From Paraspadella gotoi (lineage: Eukaryota > Animalia > Chaetognatha), in the NCBI GenBank assembly GCA_051294375.1, contig CM119266.1:26773932-26837928 (forward strand): a DNA stretch of 63,997 nucleotides, read 5' to 3'. The position numbers were made by a program, and so were the translations under genes. The notes beneath the pieces were generated by a model that was not told where the DNA came from, made no database searches, and was given only the letters and a program-made list of their open reading frames with translations. Every line of letters begins with the position of its first letter. The first letter of the stretch is position 1. Shown here one piece after another: positions 1 to 14,820 of this stretch.

Positions 1-75
1 CGAAGGGAGAGAAGCCAAACTTCGTCGATTAATCGGAGGCCGTGTTTGTTTTCGTCGCCGTCAAATAAAATTTGC

Positions 76-207
<132 letters not shown>

Positions 208-2091
208 TTCTAAAAAAAGGTAAATTCGTTTAGCGGAGGAACAAACAAAGCGAAGTTTGGAAACTGATATTTGTTCTGAGAGTCCAACGGACAAGAGGAG
301 GAGCAAGAGGAGAAAGATGAGGAGGCGGAGAATAAAGATGGCGCTGGAAACGAGTGGTTGGGAATGTTAAGGGGAATATGAAGTTGTGAGAAAAACAGGT
401 GCGATAGTAGAAATTTTGGAATAAAAAAAAGGTAGATAACTTTTTTTAATTGGTCAGTTGATTTGTCAGTCTGTCCGTGTTTTCTGCCACTCTGTCTCAT
501 GGGCATCAATTCACATAGTCTTGTTTTTAGGCTAACTCGGTTTTTAAGGGGAGCGTGGAATTAATTTAAACTTCCTCTTAATTCTACTCTGATCCAAGAA
601 GTGCCTTTGATAGCCTTCGATACGACGAAACCTCTTGAGAGAGAGAGAGAATTTCAAAAGATGACGAGTCAGGTCGAGAGTAAGGTCTGATTTAAGACAT
701 GCGATGATCGGTTTATTTTGGATGAGAAATGGGTTCTTATTGGTTCATTTGGCAGTTTATATTCACCATTTAGCGTGATTCAACAGGCGCTGAAGGCGTT
801 GAAATGGATGCAATGAGCTTTTTTTCCCGTTTTTATCGATAGCGAATTTTTCATCTAAATGGGGTTTTTTATGGCGCACAAAAACCGTGATGCGTTCGGC
901 GTTCAAGGACAACGTAGAATTTAAATCCGTTTTAAATTCATATTTTATTTTATGTAGAAAATAAACTTCACAAAGATGACGGGAAAATGTCGCTAAGCCG
1001 CCTCGTTGCGCTACTATTAGCTCAAAACCAGTGGCTGACTGCTGCTAAAGCGCTGTACTGCGCTGCTTTGCTGCCCCGGACGCTGAATGGTGAACTCGAA
1101 ATTCGTACCTCCGCTCGCTGCCCCGTTGTACGTACGTAGTTGGCGCACGGTTCGAACAGAATGACTACGATACTAAGTGTATTTAGCTTTACTTGCGACG
1201 CAGCCTTCTACTTTTCCGTCATATCATCTTCCACCATCGTCTACATAACAGCCACGCCCACTCAACAGCGCCACTCGCTCTCCATCTCTACTCTCGCTCG
1301 TCCCCGTCGCTCGAGTTCCATTCCGACCGAAATCGAAGGCGTCCGTCGGAAAAAAAATGGCGGCCGCCGGGATTTTGGGTCACGTGACGAGAATAAACGA
1401 CGTAATTGCGGGAAGACGGAGAGGGACGTCGGCGGAGAGAGAGAGAGAGGGAGAGAGAGAGAGAGGGAGAGAGGGAGAGAGGGAGAGAGAGAGAGAATGA
1501 CAGAGACCGCGAAACAGAGAGGTCTACCCGGCCGCGTCGTGTCCAGTCGAGTTTTTCGCGAGGAAAGGAAATGGGGGATTTGTAAACGTCGACGCTTTGA
1601 CTCTGTCTCTGTCGTGAGCGAGAGAGAGAGCGAGTCGAAGAAGGAAAAGCTGGATGGCTGAATGAGAAGATGGAGGCAGAGAGATCGACTCAGGGATTTC
1701 GTGAAAATGAGACGGAGGCAAAAATTCCCGAAGGAGAGAAACCTTATCGGCCAGTTGGTCGGTCGGTCGCTCGGTCGGTCGGTCAGTTGGTCGCTATTTC
1801 GTTTAGTCAGTTGTTTTTTGTTTTAAAATTTATGTTTTTATTTACCTAACTTCAAAACTGACATATCGTTTTCTATGTAGTCGAAGAGACAGTAGACTCT
1901 ATTGCTTCTTTTTTCTTCTTTCTCTTCTTTCCTGTTTGTTTTCGAAATTTTTTAACGACGCCTCGTTGGTCGTCGTCGTCGTCGTTGTTGTTGTTTTGTT
2001 CCGGTGTTGTTTTTTAACTCTCGCGTACCTCATCGTCTTCAAGGATTTTTTTCCGACTTGCGATTCGCGAAAAAAGAAGAAAGAAAGACTA

Positions 2092-2240
2092 TGACGACGA
2101 CGACGACGACAAAGACGACGACGACAAACACGACGACAAAGACGACGACGACAAATACGACGACAAAGACGACGACAAATACGACGACGACAAATACGAC
2201 GACGACAAAGACGACGACAAAGTCGACGACGACATTGACG
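2092..2240. repeat. Degenerate (ACG)n/ACAAA simple repeat
   Basis: Repeated acgacgacaaa(g/t) units. Source of the poly-Thr ORF at 2004-2252. Confidence 0.9.
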
Positions 2241-3692
2241 ATCTGGTCTTGATTTTCAGATTAATCAAATGCGTTGTTGAGGTGGTTGCTTCAGCGTTGG
2301 CGATTCATTTTAATTTTTGAATAGTGAAGTAAAACTTATGAAGGTTTTTATAACATCAAACTAATCCAATTCTCACTTAATCATTTTTTAAATTACTCTC
2401 ATTCTAATTTTTGTAGTAATGGTTATCTTTTTTATCTGGGTCAGTAAAGCAGGGAGTGTGTGAGAGGGAAAATGAAAGTGAGAAAGAGCGAGTGAGACGG
2501 AGTCGACCGAGAGAGAGTGGGAGAACGAGAAAGTAAGAGAGAGAGAGAGCGAGAAAGAGAAAGAACTTTTTTTCCTTTCTCGACCTCGAGAATTGAAACG
2601 AAGTTTTCCTTCGCATCTCACCTTTGCAGCAGAAGAGGCGAGAAAAAACTCATTTGCATATTCCAGCCCACCAGAAAAAAACTTAAAATACTTTTTTAAA
2701 GCTTTTTTTCCTTCCTTACAGCCAGAGATTCTTTGATGTCTGACTTTGTTTGCCACAGTTGTTTCAAGGCAGTCGTCTGTTCAATCCGCTCAAACAAGCT
2801 TTACACGTGCATCAATTCAAGAATGATCGAACTCAATGCAAAATCCTTTAAATTTTTTTAAAAATTTTCTGACCTTTTTCCTGCAAAATTTTTGCTTTTT
2901 GTGTATTACACTCTAACGTTTTGCTATACTCCCTTGTAATTCTGTGTTACTGCGCTTGTTTACTTTGGTCCTCATTCTATAAATTGTATATATTATATAA
3001 ATATGTATATATATTGCTTATGGTATATAAGGTTGTTGTTCTGTTCCGGGTTTAACCTCTACTCACAAACCTGGAATCCATCAATCTTTTTTAATCTTAG
3101 TTTTACGCCGGAATTTTTTATTTTTTTATTTTTGTTTTGTTTTGCGCGCATCCGCTGCACGCACGTCCTGCGCGCGTATTTGGTGCGCGTATATCGGCAT
3201 CGAAGCTCGAGTGCGTCTAAGCGTCATTTTTCACTGATGCCACTCGCGGCCATTTTTTTTCCCGAGACAGAGAAGGGTGAGGTCAGGGGATATAGTAAAA
3301 GGGGGAATGGGAGGGGAACGGGGTGAGGAACGGGGTTGGGGAGATAAATGGGTGATTCAATGGATGAAGTGAGATCGACCGAGTGAAAAGGATCGAGCCT
3401 CGTGAGTTGGGGTCAGGTCGTTGAAAGGGAATCGGATTCTCTGAATTCTGACTAAAAATCCGATTGAGTTTCCCAAAATTTTTAAAGTGAATTTGAATCC
3501 GTTGAAAAAATAAAGAGAGATTGAAATTGAATAAAAAGGGTTTCTAGGTGGAACTGGGGTCATTTACGAATCCTGCCCGGTGGTACTGGAGCGAGATCCT
3601 CTCGCCCCAACGCGCGCGCCCCTTCGGCTCCTCTAAGAGCAAGGAATGTTGCGATGTCCTATTCTCTCTCTCCTCTCTCTCTCTCTCTTCCT

Positions 3693-3734
<42 letters not shown>

Positions 3735-4205
3735 TCCTCTCTCTCTCTCTCTCTCTCTCTCCGATAGAAGTTCAAGTTACATACGGAGTTTGCCAATCCG
3801 GAAGTTTTTACATCCGGGTTCTCTATAACAAGGTTTTATATCCGAGTTTTCTACCACTGAAAATGTCAAAAAGGAAACTATGTATACTTTATAGATTTTA
3901 TCAGATTCTGGTTACATCTGGGAATAGGGTTTTCGTCCGCAAGATCGATTTCAAATTCGATCGGATTTCGTTTCAACGGAGACGCGCGTCATTTCCCTCG
4001 ACGATCCCCCCCAAGACCCATCCTTCGAGGCCCGAATCGCGCATTTTTCATGCCGGCGACACTCGAGTGTCGTTTTTTGGCGCCACGCCATCCAACGCCG
4101 TCTAGCGCCATTCGACGTCACTCCAAGAGTTTCTCTCTCTTTCCTTTTTGCTTAACTCTCTGTCTCTGTCATTCTGGTCGCCAAGCTCTGAACGCTTTTC
4201 ACGGT

Positions 4206-4265
<60 letters not shown>

Positions 4266-4364
4266 CGGTTTTCCTTTCAAACCCAAATTTGTCTTCTCCA
4301 GTGTCGATGCGGAGGCGAGAAGTCTTTTCCAAGGCCAACCTTCAACGGATTGTCTCGCCGGGGT

Positions 4365-4430
4365 CCTTTCTCCTTTCTCCTTTCTCCTTTCTCCTTTCTC
4401 CTTTCTCTTTTCTCTTTTCTCCTTTCTCCT
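4365..4430. repeat. (TTTCTCC)n heptamer tandem repeat
   Basis: About 9 imperfect copies of tttctcc. Confidence 0.85.
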
Positions 4431-4695
4431 ACCCCCTTCCGCCGAACCCCCTCAACCCCCGACACAAGTCTCCCGACGCCACAGTCGACCGCTCCACGCC
4501 GCCGTCAACGCCGCCGAGCCGCTTGCCAGGTTGTGGCCGGCACTCCCAGGCTCGCGGCGCCAATCGCGGCGCCAACGACGCCGCATTTGTTTCAATAATT
4601 TCCTGGCGTTTGTCAAATCCCATCGCGTTTTCTTTTTTTTCGATTCGGTTGATGTTGACTGCGGAAGGAGGGAGGGAGAGAAAAAATTGTTTTTG

Positions 4696-4736
<41 letters not shown>

Positions 4737-5859
4737 CACTGTCTCTATGTTTACCGGATTTTCGGAGGAAGACAAATCGAGAGGAATCCGACCGAAAAGT
4801 TTCCTGTGATTATCGTCTTCGTCGTCGTCGTCGTCATCGTCATAGTCGTCGTCAGCTTCATCTCAGGTTAATCTTATTCTATATCATGATACAGCTAGTA
4901 TTAGTCTTGTCGCCTAGTACCTCCGTCAAGATTATCTTGTTTAGAAATAATAAGAAACGATAAGCAAATTAATATCGAAGTTAAAACAATAATCACAGAA
5001 TTAGTAGACAAGGTTCATAAGCACTATTGAGAGACAGAGATGGACCGACGGACTGACGGACAAACAGACAGACCCGGTGAGTTGGGTTCCTTCTATATTT
5101 TCTCCAACGAAGTTTTTGTCTGATTTATGAGGAAAGCGGAGTCTGTGCCCTCGGAAAGATGGGATGGGGGTTGGGCATGGGGAGGTGAGGAGAGGGTAGG
5201 AGTTGGGTAAGAAGGTGCGCGGAATAGGAGGGAGGGCGTTGGGCGTCTTGGTTGGGCCACGTAAGGGCGCATAAGTAGCACGTGCGAAGAAAGCGGAGAC
5301 CGAGGGTGAGGGCAAGTTCCGATTGCGTTGTACTCGGCGTTCAACCAGGTGAGTTCGGATTGAGGTGAGTCGAACCCTCCACCGCCGGCGGACCAGTATT
5401 TCTCTCGGGAAGAAGAGAGAGACGAGCGAGAGAAGGAGATGAAGAGAGAAGAGAAGGAGAAGGAAAGAGAGAGAAGGAGAAAGAGAAACGAAGTAGAAAG
5501 AGTGGACTGATACGTTAAACCGTCTACCAGAACGAGCGACTCGTTAGGAAAGAGCGATTGTAGAAAAGTTAAATAAAAATAACCGGAACGTGGGTGTCAG
5601 GACCGAAGAGGGAGCCAGCCTGAAGTAGAGAATCAATAAAGTACAAACAATGGTGGACGATCCAATCGACGGACAGTACGATCTAATATCGTATCCTTTG
5701 TCAGCGTCCTGAAGAGTCAGTGGATCTTGTTCTCTTTGTCATCTTTGTCATCTCCGAATACATCCAATCGTTCGATTTTGTGGCTGTCGGCGGACGGTCT
5801 TTTATTTTTTCGTCGTCTTTGTTCGTCGTCGCACGCAAAAGTCTTTAGCTCTGAAGTCT

Positions 5860-5890
<31 letters not shown>

Positions 5891-5914
5891 GGAGAGATGA
5901 GAGGAGAGAGAGAT

Positions 5915-5945
<31 letters not shown>

Positions 5946-7902
5946 ACAAAATTTACTCACGCGAAAATGGAATTGAAAAAATTAAAATTGGATGAGAAAA
6001 AAAAATGAAATAAAATGGAATGAAATAAAGGAAATAATCGATGCTCTTCGGAAAAAATGAAGGGAAAGGAAAATATAATTTTTTTTTATCGAAGGATAAA
6101 ACAAAATAATTAAAATGGCTTTGGGGGAAAAAAGAAAATTGCCTGGAGATATAGCAATGGATGGTTATCTTAATTGGCCGAGAAATATGTCATTGTTTTT
6201 ATTGTGAGAGTATTTAAGGAAAACCATTAGTTGGATGTAATAAACTATGATTTATTTAAGGAATCTGCGTTTGGTTGTATTTTTGTTTAGCTAGAGTTTT
6301 TCACTTTAGCCAGCCAACAATAGATAAGTTAAGGTTATCGTTGTACATTATCTATCGATAAAAAAAATATGCCCTTTCTCCTTAATCCTGACCCCATCGG
6401 TTTTATGCTTTTGTCGGTCTGTCTCTCTCTCCGTCATTTTTTCTGCCTGCATGCTCGTCGAAATCTCTCTCTCTCTCTCACTTAGCCATCCCTCCTCTCT
6501 CTCTTTCTCCTTCCTCCCTCTCTCTCTTCTTTATCGTCTCTTCGCCGAGAGCAAAAACGGTTTTATTAGGATCTTAGTACTGAAAATATTGTCATATAAA
6601 AGTAAGAACAATATCTTCTTTCGTCGTCCCACTTTCTCTCTTCTGCCATCGGCCACACAGAGACGCGCCCGTGTCCCGATGATATGACATTTCCCACGCA
6701 GACTTTTTCATGTTTTCGATGACAAAAAGACGAAAGTGAAGAAGACGACGATGACGAAGACGATTTAACAAGGAAGATTGTCATGGTGAATTGTAGAAAA
6801 TTTGATTCTACATTTTATATATAGTTAGAGGCTGAACGATGCCCGATTTTGTCACAAAACCAAGTGATGAGATTACGAAACCATTGAGCGAAGACAACGA
6901 ACAACAAAACCAAAGGGTTAAAAAAAGACGAAGACGACGACGACGACGACGACGACAAACGACGACGACGTTGACAAGCACGACGGACCCTTCTTCGCCC
7001 ACTTCGTCCTTTCGCACCCGAGGTCAGGCGTCCTTCAGCCTTACCCGAGTCAAGGGTAAGGTTTTTCAGGTTTTGGCCGCAGGGGACACGAGGCCCAAAT
7101 GACTTTTCGCCCGAAAAGAAAGATCTTTTGACTGAACTCCTGCGTTTTGGCAGAAACCAAAGATTTATTTTTCTGAAGGCTTAGAAGACTATATATAAAA
7201 ATAAAAATAAATCTATATTTATTGGGTTCAATAATGATAAAATATACACATCCGCCACCCCCCTCCTTATCTTTGCCTCTTCCGTAGCCGCGTCTAAAAA
7301 TTATTTATGGGCGGAACACATTTCATGACCCTTCTCTCACGGGTAAAACCGATAGAGAATAGAATAAAAGTTTGGTGTTTTTCTCCGCCAAAAAAAAAGA
7401 AGAAATACTAAAAGAAAGAAAGACGAGTTCTCAAAAAGAAGGAAACAAATAGGCAAAATTTATTTTTTAGGAAAAAAAATCTTGCTAAAGACGAAAAAAG
7501 GGTTGAATGAGTAGACGGTAAAAGAGATGTCATTCGATGGAACCGAATTATACCCAGGCCGATATGACCCATATTTCGAACAATGAGATCTTCCGAACGT
7601 TCGATCAGCGGAACAATGAAACTTTCCCTCGATCACGTGACCGATTGACCACGTGACTCAAAATATCACGTGAGAGACAACGATGATGGTCGATCCATTT
7701 TTTTTTTCTTTTTTCGTCTGAGATGTTGGATTGTTCCTCCCGTAGCGGAATCGCTGCTGCCGTGCGAGGGAGGGGGATGGGGGGGGTCGGTAAGGCGAGA
7801 GGGGACCTGAGGGAGGCGGGAAGCGTCGAAAGTCGAGTTATGGCAGAGATGAGAATCTCGACATTTCATAGGTCGGGATAATACGGTTATTCTTTAATGG
7901 CC

Positions 7903-7997
<95 letters not shown>

Positions 7998-9967
7998 TCA
8001 GACGGACAGAAAAATAGACCGAGAGACAGAAAACAATTGTAACCATGGATGGGAGAGAGAGCTGAGCGAACGGCCGAAAAGTCCTTTGTCGAGTTCGGAT
8101 GAAGAAAAATAAAACAGAGACGATTTTTATCTCTCGTTTTTCATCCTTCAGTTGTTTTTTTTTTGTTTTTTTCCCTTTTTTCCCTTTTTTTATCGCGGAC
8201 ACAAAACAGTTTTTTTTCCTCGATTTTGGTTTTAAAATACAAAAGAGAATTGAAAATCAACTTTGGAATTTGTATAGTAGTCCGATGTGGTTTTCAAAAT
8301 ATTTTATTCTTTACGTCATCTTACCTACAAGCCTTTCAACGATTAAAATATTAAACCCGGTCTTTCGTTTTGTAACAGTATTTTGCTCTTTCTAACTATT
8401 TTTAATTCAAACTTTTCTGTTTTTTACAAAACAGGTTTCACCCATGAATAAACTTGAATGAACTTTTTTTTCCAGTCAAGCTACGGTTCTGCCGCTCCAA
8501 ACGCTTCCTTTTTTTAAAGTCACTTTATTCTCCCTGGACTCATCTCCGACCGCCTTCCCCTCAATCCGCCATAACCCCGTCCCCGCCCCCTTATCGCACC
8601 GCCCCGCGCCCCACCATCCGTAAAAAACGCCCCCTTTTTCCCCGATCATCAACAAAAACCCGCGCCGCCGCCGCCGCCAAAAGTTCCATTCGATGTCTGC
8701 GGTTCCATTCAGCTTCGCCCGATCTTCTGATTCGATTTCGCTCCAAAACCATTAAAATTGCCTAGAGACGCCGTCTGCCGCCGGCGCCGCCCGCCGCAGC
8801 AAGTCGCCGCAGCAGAAGCGACGGCGGCAGAGTTTTCTGCCGCAGAGCGTCCCTTTCCGCCTCCGCGTCGGCAGATTTAGCGAGATTCGCATCCGGAGTA
8901 AAAATTCCGAGACTTTTCTGGGTTTTCACTTTACTCGTCTTTTAAATTCAGTTATTTTTTTATATATCACTTTGGGGATGTTGTACCTTAACTTAATTCT
9001 GACAAAATCCTCCAAAAATCGGTCATAATTCCCAGTCAGAACAGCTTCTGTGGCGGTTGAATTAGAGTAAAGATTAACCAGAAAGACAGTGCTGAGCGTT
9101 CGCTCAAAATAAGTTTACCTCAACTGAGCAACTTTACGTTCAAAAGTTGTCTCGCTCATTCAAACAGTTTCCGATTAGGAACATCTTGGAAATGACGAAC
9201 AAAAACTTCGGCTAATCACCGAAGAATTTCCTAATCACCGAAGAACGTCTGGTTTATCACCCGTCGGCCCGAGGTTAATTAACAGCAAGAAAATGTCTCG
9301 ATGATTTCGTCGTTGTCGGTAAAATCCTCCATTTTAACTTTTCACGTGAGTTTTTTATTTTTTAGTGAAGACGAACTTCGACATTGTGTGATGCTTAATG
9401 GAGAACGGGTTGGACCCACAACAAACTGAAAAGAATTTGGAAGGTATAATGAAGAAAAGTATGACCATTAACGGTAAACAGTGGAGAGGTGGATGGAAAC
9501 ATGAAAAAAAGAAAATAAAAATAGGTCGACAGCACAATGATACTCGAAGACGAACTAAAAACGTGAAACAGAACGTTTTTGCTGTGATTGTGAGTCTGTC
9601 ATGACAAAACTATATGAGAAACGTCAAAGTTGTGAAGAAAAATCAATACTGATAGGCAGCCCGTGTGAGTGAGAGATATGACAGTTCCAATGTCATATGC
9701 CTTCTGAGCTTTAGTCCTCAAGCTGACGAACAGTGAAAGGCTGAAACTGAAAAACGTTAAGAAACGCCATCGTCGGCGAAACCGGCACATGCGCACTGCG
9801 CAACGACCCACGTTGCTGGCGCGTGACGGTGAAAGATACGGCAAGACCGTGACTCGTGTGAAGGAAAGAGAAAAGAAAGAAATCCAATCGCGGGGAAAAA
9901 ATGGGAATTTTTTTAGTTCATGTCCAATTGGATTCTCAGTTTGCTTGTCTGTCTGTCTGTCTGTCAG

Positions 9968-10002
<35 letters not shown>

Positions 10003-11431
10003 CCTTGCGACCGGAAGTGACGTGGAATTGGAGCGACTTTTCTCGGCCAAAAAAAAAATCTTAGAGATGGAATTCGGCCAAACGTGACGAAAAGCGTGAC
10101 GAAAGATCGGAAGAGCCGAACGAGCGACCGTGGCCGAGGTTCGTTCCAAGACGCTGCCTCAAGTCGAAACAGATAGTTTCAGAGAAAGGGCGCCACTGGC
10201 GGCAAAAGTCTCTGACGGGCGTTGCGAATGATGCAGAAACGGCGCCGAGGACGACGCAACGACCATCGGCGCCGAGAAAAAAAACTCGACGAAACCCATG
10301 GGTTTGATTAAAATCATGGCGGTGCCCGATTTTACGATCTGAGCGGGGCGGCGTCGAGCGGCGTCGAGCGGCGCTGAGCCCACATCCACAACCTGCGCAA
10401 CATCCACAACACTCTCCCACCCTTTGCCCCTTTTTCGAGCCGAAAGAATCGGGCGTCGAGCGAGGGCTCTTCGCGCGCTTAACGATCTTTTTCCCGGGGA
10501 CCTTCGTTCCTCGTAAAGGTTTACCGTCCGTCGCGACCACGCCTTCGGCTAAACCCCCCCCTCTCTCCCCCACAACCGCCACCACAACCTATTTTTTCCC
10601 GGGTGTATTCAAACTTAATGATGTAAGGTAATTCTACTTATTTTCACCTTCTCATCCTCATTTTTCATTCCAATTCGCCTTTGAAAAAATTAACCTGCCA
10701 AAACACAAAACCTCACGGAAACTTAACAATTAACCAAGAACCATCCCGCAGTTTTCATGGACAAATGAATTTCTGACTCTCAGTGCTCTACGCCCCTGTC
10801 TTCACACTGTGAAGAGAGTTTAGATTTCAACCGGTGAGAGACCGAATTTGTCAATGAAACTGTGAGCCATCGTTAGTTTCCCAATTATTTTTAAAGGACT
10901 CACGATCACGAATTTCCTTTTTTTGAAATCGATTCCGTTCGCTTTTTTCCCCACGAATTCTGTTTACAGCTTCTTTCACCCTCTGTTGCCATGGTTATCG
11001 ATTAAACGGTTGTCTCCAATCTTCACATCAACGACTGCACAATGATTAATGGACTTTGCCGCTTTCGCCTCCATCGTCGCCTCCGCTCGCCGCTTCCTAA
11101 CCTCTACATTTTTTCTCTATCTATTTTTCTTCCCCGTTTTGATCATTTCTTTCTTTTTTTCCTAATCCATTTCTTAATCCTTTTCTTAATCCTTCTCTTT
11201 TCTATGTCTCGTCATTTTTTTTAATTTCATTGGTATTTCCCTTACCTATATTCCGTTGCATTGGGCCTACCCTATTCTATCTTTTTGTCTTTCGTGTTAA
11301 CTTAGCTTTTTTTTCAATTTCGTCTCATTGATCTCCTTTCCTCTGTTTTCCTCCTTCCTTTCATTTTCTTCCCCGCCTTTCTATTTTCATTCGTGAATTA
11401 AGATGTCGAAAAAGACTCTCTTCTGTTTTGG

Positions 11432-11464
<33 letters not shown>

Positions 11465-11859
11465 NNNNNNNNNNNNNNNNNNNNNNNNNNNNNNNNNNNN
11501 NNNNNNNNNNNNNNNNNNNNNNNNNNNNNNNNNNNNNNNNNNNNNNNNNNNNNNNNNNNNNNNNNNNNNNNNNNNNNNNNNNNNNNNNNNNNNNNNNNNN
11601 NNNNNNNNNNNNNNNNNNNNNNNNNNNNNNAAAAATTGTCTTCCGGGATCTCTCCCGTCCCGTGTTGTTTCTCATCTCGGAAGCGTCTTTAATCATGGCT
11701 TTCTCGGCGATCTTCTCTTTCGGAATTGCTTTTTTNNNNNNNNNNNNNNNNNNNNNNNNNNNNNNNNNNNNNNNNNNNNNNNNNNNNNNNNNNNNNNNNN
11801 NNNNNNNNNNNNNNNNNNNNNNNNNNNNNNNNNNNNNNNNNNNNNNNNNNNNNNNNNNN

Positions 11860-11895
<36 letters not shown>

Positions 11896-13420
11896 TCGTT
11901 TGTTTTCGTCGTTTGTTTTTGTCACTTCTCCTTGTCATTTATATTTGTCATTTATATTCTGATCCTCCATTTATCCTGTCTTTTTCCCCTCTTTTGTTTT
12001 TATTCCTGTAAATTGTGGCGCCTTTCTAATAAATTCGGACGTTTAAAGTTGATCGTTATTTCGAACTTGACGAATTTTGACGTCGTCTCGATGTAATAGT
12101 TTATAAAATTATGGATTTAGAAAGATTGAGAAAGATCTAAAACAAATTAGTTATAAAATTAATAAATTAATAGTATTTTAAGTATCTGCACAATTTACAT
12201 CTTACACCAGTCCCCCTACTCGCACTCCTAAACCTCTTCCGCGTCTATATGTATTTACCTAGTCCATACTTCACCCATAGCTCACCCATAGCTCACCCAT
12301 ACCTCACCCATTTCCTCGTCGTCAAATCCTTATTACCCTTCAACGTGAGGGGCTTCGCTTGTTTTATGACGAAACGCTTTCAACGCCCACTCCTGGGGAA
12401 AGTGCCGTTTACGAAAGGTGAGAGAGAGAAAGATAGAAAGAGAGAGAGAGAGAGAGAGANNNNNNNNNNNNNNNNNNNNNNNNNGAGAGAGAGAGACTGA
12501 GAGAGAGAGAGAGAGAGAGAGACAGAGCCAGAGCCAGCGCCAGAAAGAGAGAGAGAGAAAGAAGAACGTAAGAGACAAAGAGGCGAGGAGAGAGACAAAA
12601 AAGTTTAAAAAAATACCCAGAAACGGTTAAATAGCTCTCTAAACTTCGGTTTACCGCGAACGGTGGCAATGCAGGGTTCTACCGGACGCTCTAAAACAAA
12701 TCGCGTTTTTTTTTTGTCGGAGAGATCTCGGACGAGCACCAATAGCACCATAAGCACCAATGAGCTATTTAATCAATATCATCATTAGCCAGTCGACTCT
12801 TTGGGCGTTTAATGGGCCGACGCACCTTACCCACCGTCCTCCCCTTCGGGCACCGCTCCGCCACTTTTTAATTTTTTTTTTTACGTCAGATATCCGCTTT
12901 CCCTATTGAACCTTCAATATCCCAGTTTTCTTCCGGTTCTATTCTCAAGACCTTGCTAATATAAGAATTAAAAACACTTTAGGATGCACCTCAGTGAGTG
13001 CAGAGAGCGGAGGAGGAGGGATGCGAATGAGAGATACGTGCTGATTGCGTGAGATATATCGTGTCAGCCAGTAGCTGCTATTGCAGCACTAGAATTGTAA
13101 GTCGCTCTGCGCACCATTATGACGATAGAGCCAACATCCCACGCACGTAGTATATCAGGTAGTAGAGCGGTCGAGTCTGAGGAAGAATCATGAAGGAAGA
13201 GATACGGTGGATAGATAGTATAGCTATATTAGACGTGGCTACGAGAGGGAGGGAACGGTGGAGGCAAAGGACGCAGTCGGATACGCACATAAATCACCGG
13301 CTAACAACTAGAGTGAGTGGATATACATATGAGTGACAGAGATATGTATGATGCGCATGTCGATCGATATCGATCAGGATGCACACGCAGTCTGATTAGA
13401 GAGATACCAGAGATACCATG

Positions 13421-13635
13421 GTTTGTTTTAGAAGCCGCCGGGGTAGAGCACCCTGATCGCCGGTTCGCTGTAAAACCCCGTTTAGAGAGCTATTTAACGT
13501 TTCACTGGGATTTTTTTAAACCACTTTTTGCCTCCTCTCCCTCGCCTCTTTGTCTCTTACGGTCTTCTCTTTCTCTCTCTCTCTCTCCTGGCTCTGGCTC
13601 TGGCTCTGTCTTGCTCCTCTCTCTCTCTCGTCTCT

Positions 13636-13672
<37 letters not shown>

Positions 13673-14434
13673 TCTATCTTGTCCGTTCTCTCAATCAGAG
13701 TAAAACGGCAATTTCCCAGGAGTGGGACGTTGAAAAGCGTTTCGTCATAAAAGCAAGCGAAGCCCCTCACTTGAGGGTAATAAGGATTTGCACGACGAGG
13801 AAAATGGTGAGGTATGGGTGAGCTATGGGTGTACTATGAGGTGAAGTATCAGAGAGGAGTCCATAGTCGATTAAGTCGACTGATGACCAGTTAGGCAGTG
13901 CGAGTAAGGGGGACGGTGTAAGATGTAAATGTGCGATCTTAAAATACTATTAATGTTATTCATTTTATAACTAATTTGTTTTAGATCTGTTCTCAAATCT
14001 ATTCTAAATCCTAATTTATATAACTATTACATCGAGACGACGTCAAAATTCTCAAGTTCGAAAAGCGATCAACTTTAAACGGTCCGATAGTTTCATTATG
14101 AAAAAGGCCCACAAGTTTACATGAATAATAAACAACAGAGGGGAAAAATCACAGATAGAATGGAGGATACAGAATATAAATGACAAAATATAAATGACAA
14201 GGATAAGTGACAAAAACAAAACGAGAAAACAAAACCGGGTGAGAGAGAAAAAGGCTGAAGGAGACAGAGAGAAGAGAGGAGAGAGAGAGAGAGCAAGAGA
14301 GAGAGAGAGAGAAGAGAGACGAGAGAAGAGAGAGGAGAGAGAGAGAAGAAAAACAAGAATTCCGAAAGAGACAGAATCGGCCGAGACAAGCCATGATAAA
14401 GACGCTCTCGAGATGAGAATCAACACGACGGAGA
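13421..14434 (-). repeat. Noisy inverted copy of ~11651-12700, probable assembly artefact
   Basis: For example 12060-12100 (tcgaacttgacgaattttgacgtcgtctcgatgtaatag) is matched in reverse complement at ~14023-14062. Differences are dominated by scattered 1-nt indels. Confidence 0.9.
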
Positions 14435-14820
14435 CAAAGAGCGAGGGAGAGAGCAAAAAGTTTAAAAAAATCCCAGAAACGGTTAAATAGCTCTCTAAAC
14501 GGTTTACAGCGAAACCGGGCGATGCAGGGTTCTACCCGGCGCTCTAAAACAAATGCGTTTTTTTTTTTTGTCGGAGAGAGTCTCGGACGAGCACCAAGAG
14601 CACCATAAGCACCATGAGCCTATTTAATCAATATTCATCATTGCCGTCGACTCTTGGCGTTTATGGGCCGACTGCCCTTCCCACCGTCCCTCCCCTTCGC
14701 ACCGCTCCCACATTTTATTTTTTTTTAACTCAGATATCGCTTTCCCTCATTGAACCTTCAATATTCCCAGTTTTCTTCGGTTTCTATTCTTCAAATTGCT
14801 AATATAAGAATTAAAAAACT
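14431..14820 (+). repeat. Direct copy of ~12573-12975
   Basis: gagacaaagag...cccagaaacggttaaatagctctctaaac...gctaatataagaattaaaaa occurs in both places with indel-type differences. Confidence 0.9.

Noticed and set aside
12975-13420. Compositionally distinct segment as a foreign (horizontally transferred) insert
   Set aside because: No credible ORF or structure, and it lies at the turn of a noisy inverted duplication; best explained as low-quality read sequence.
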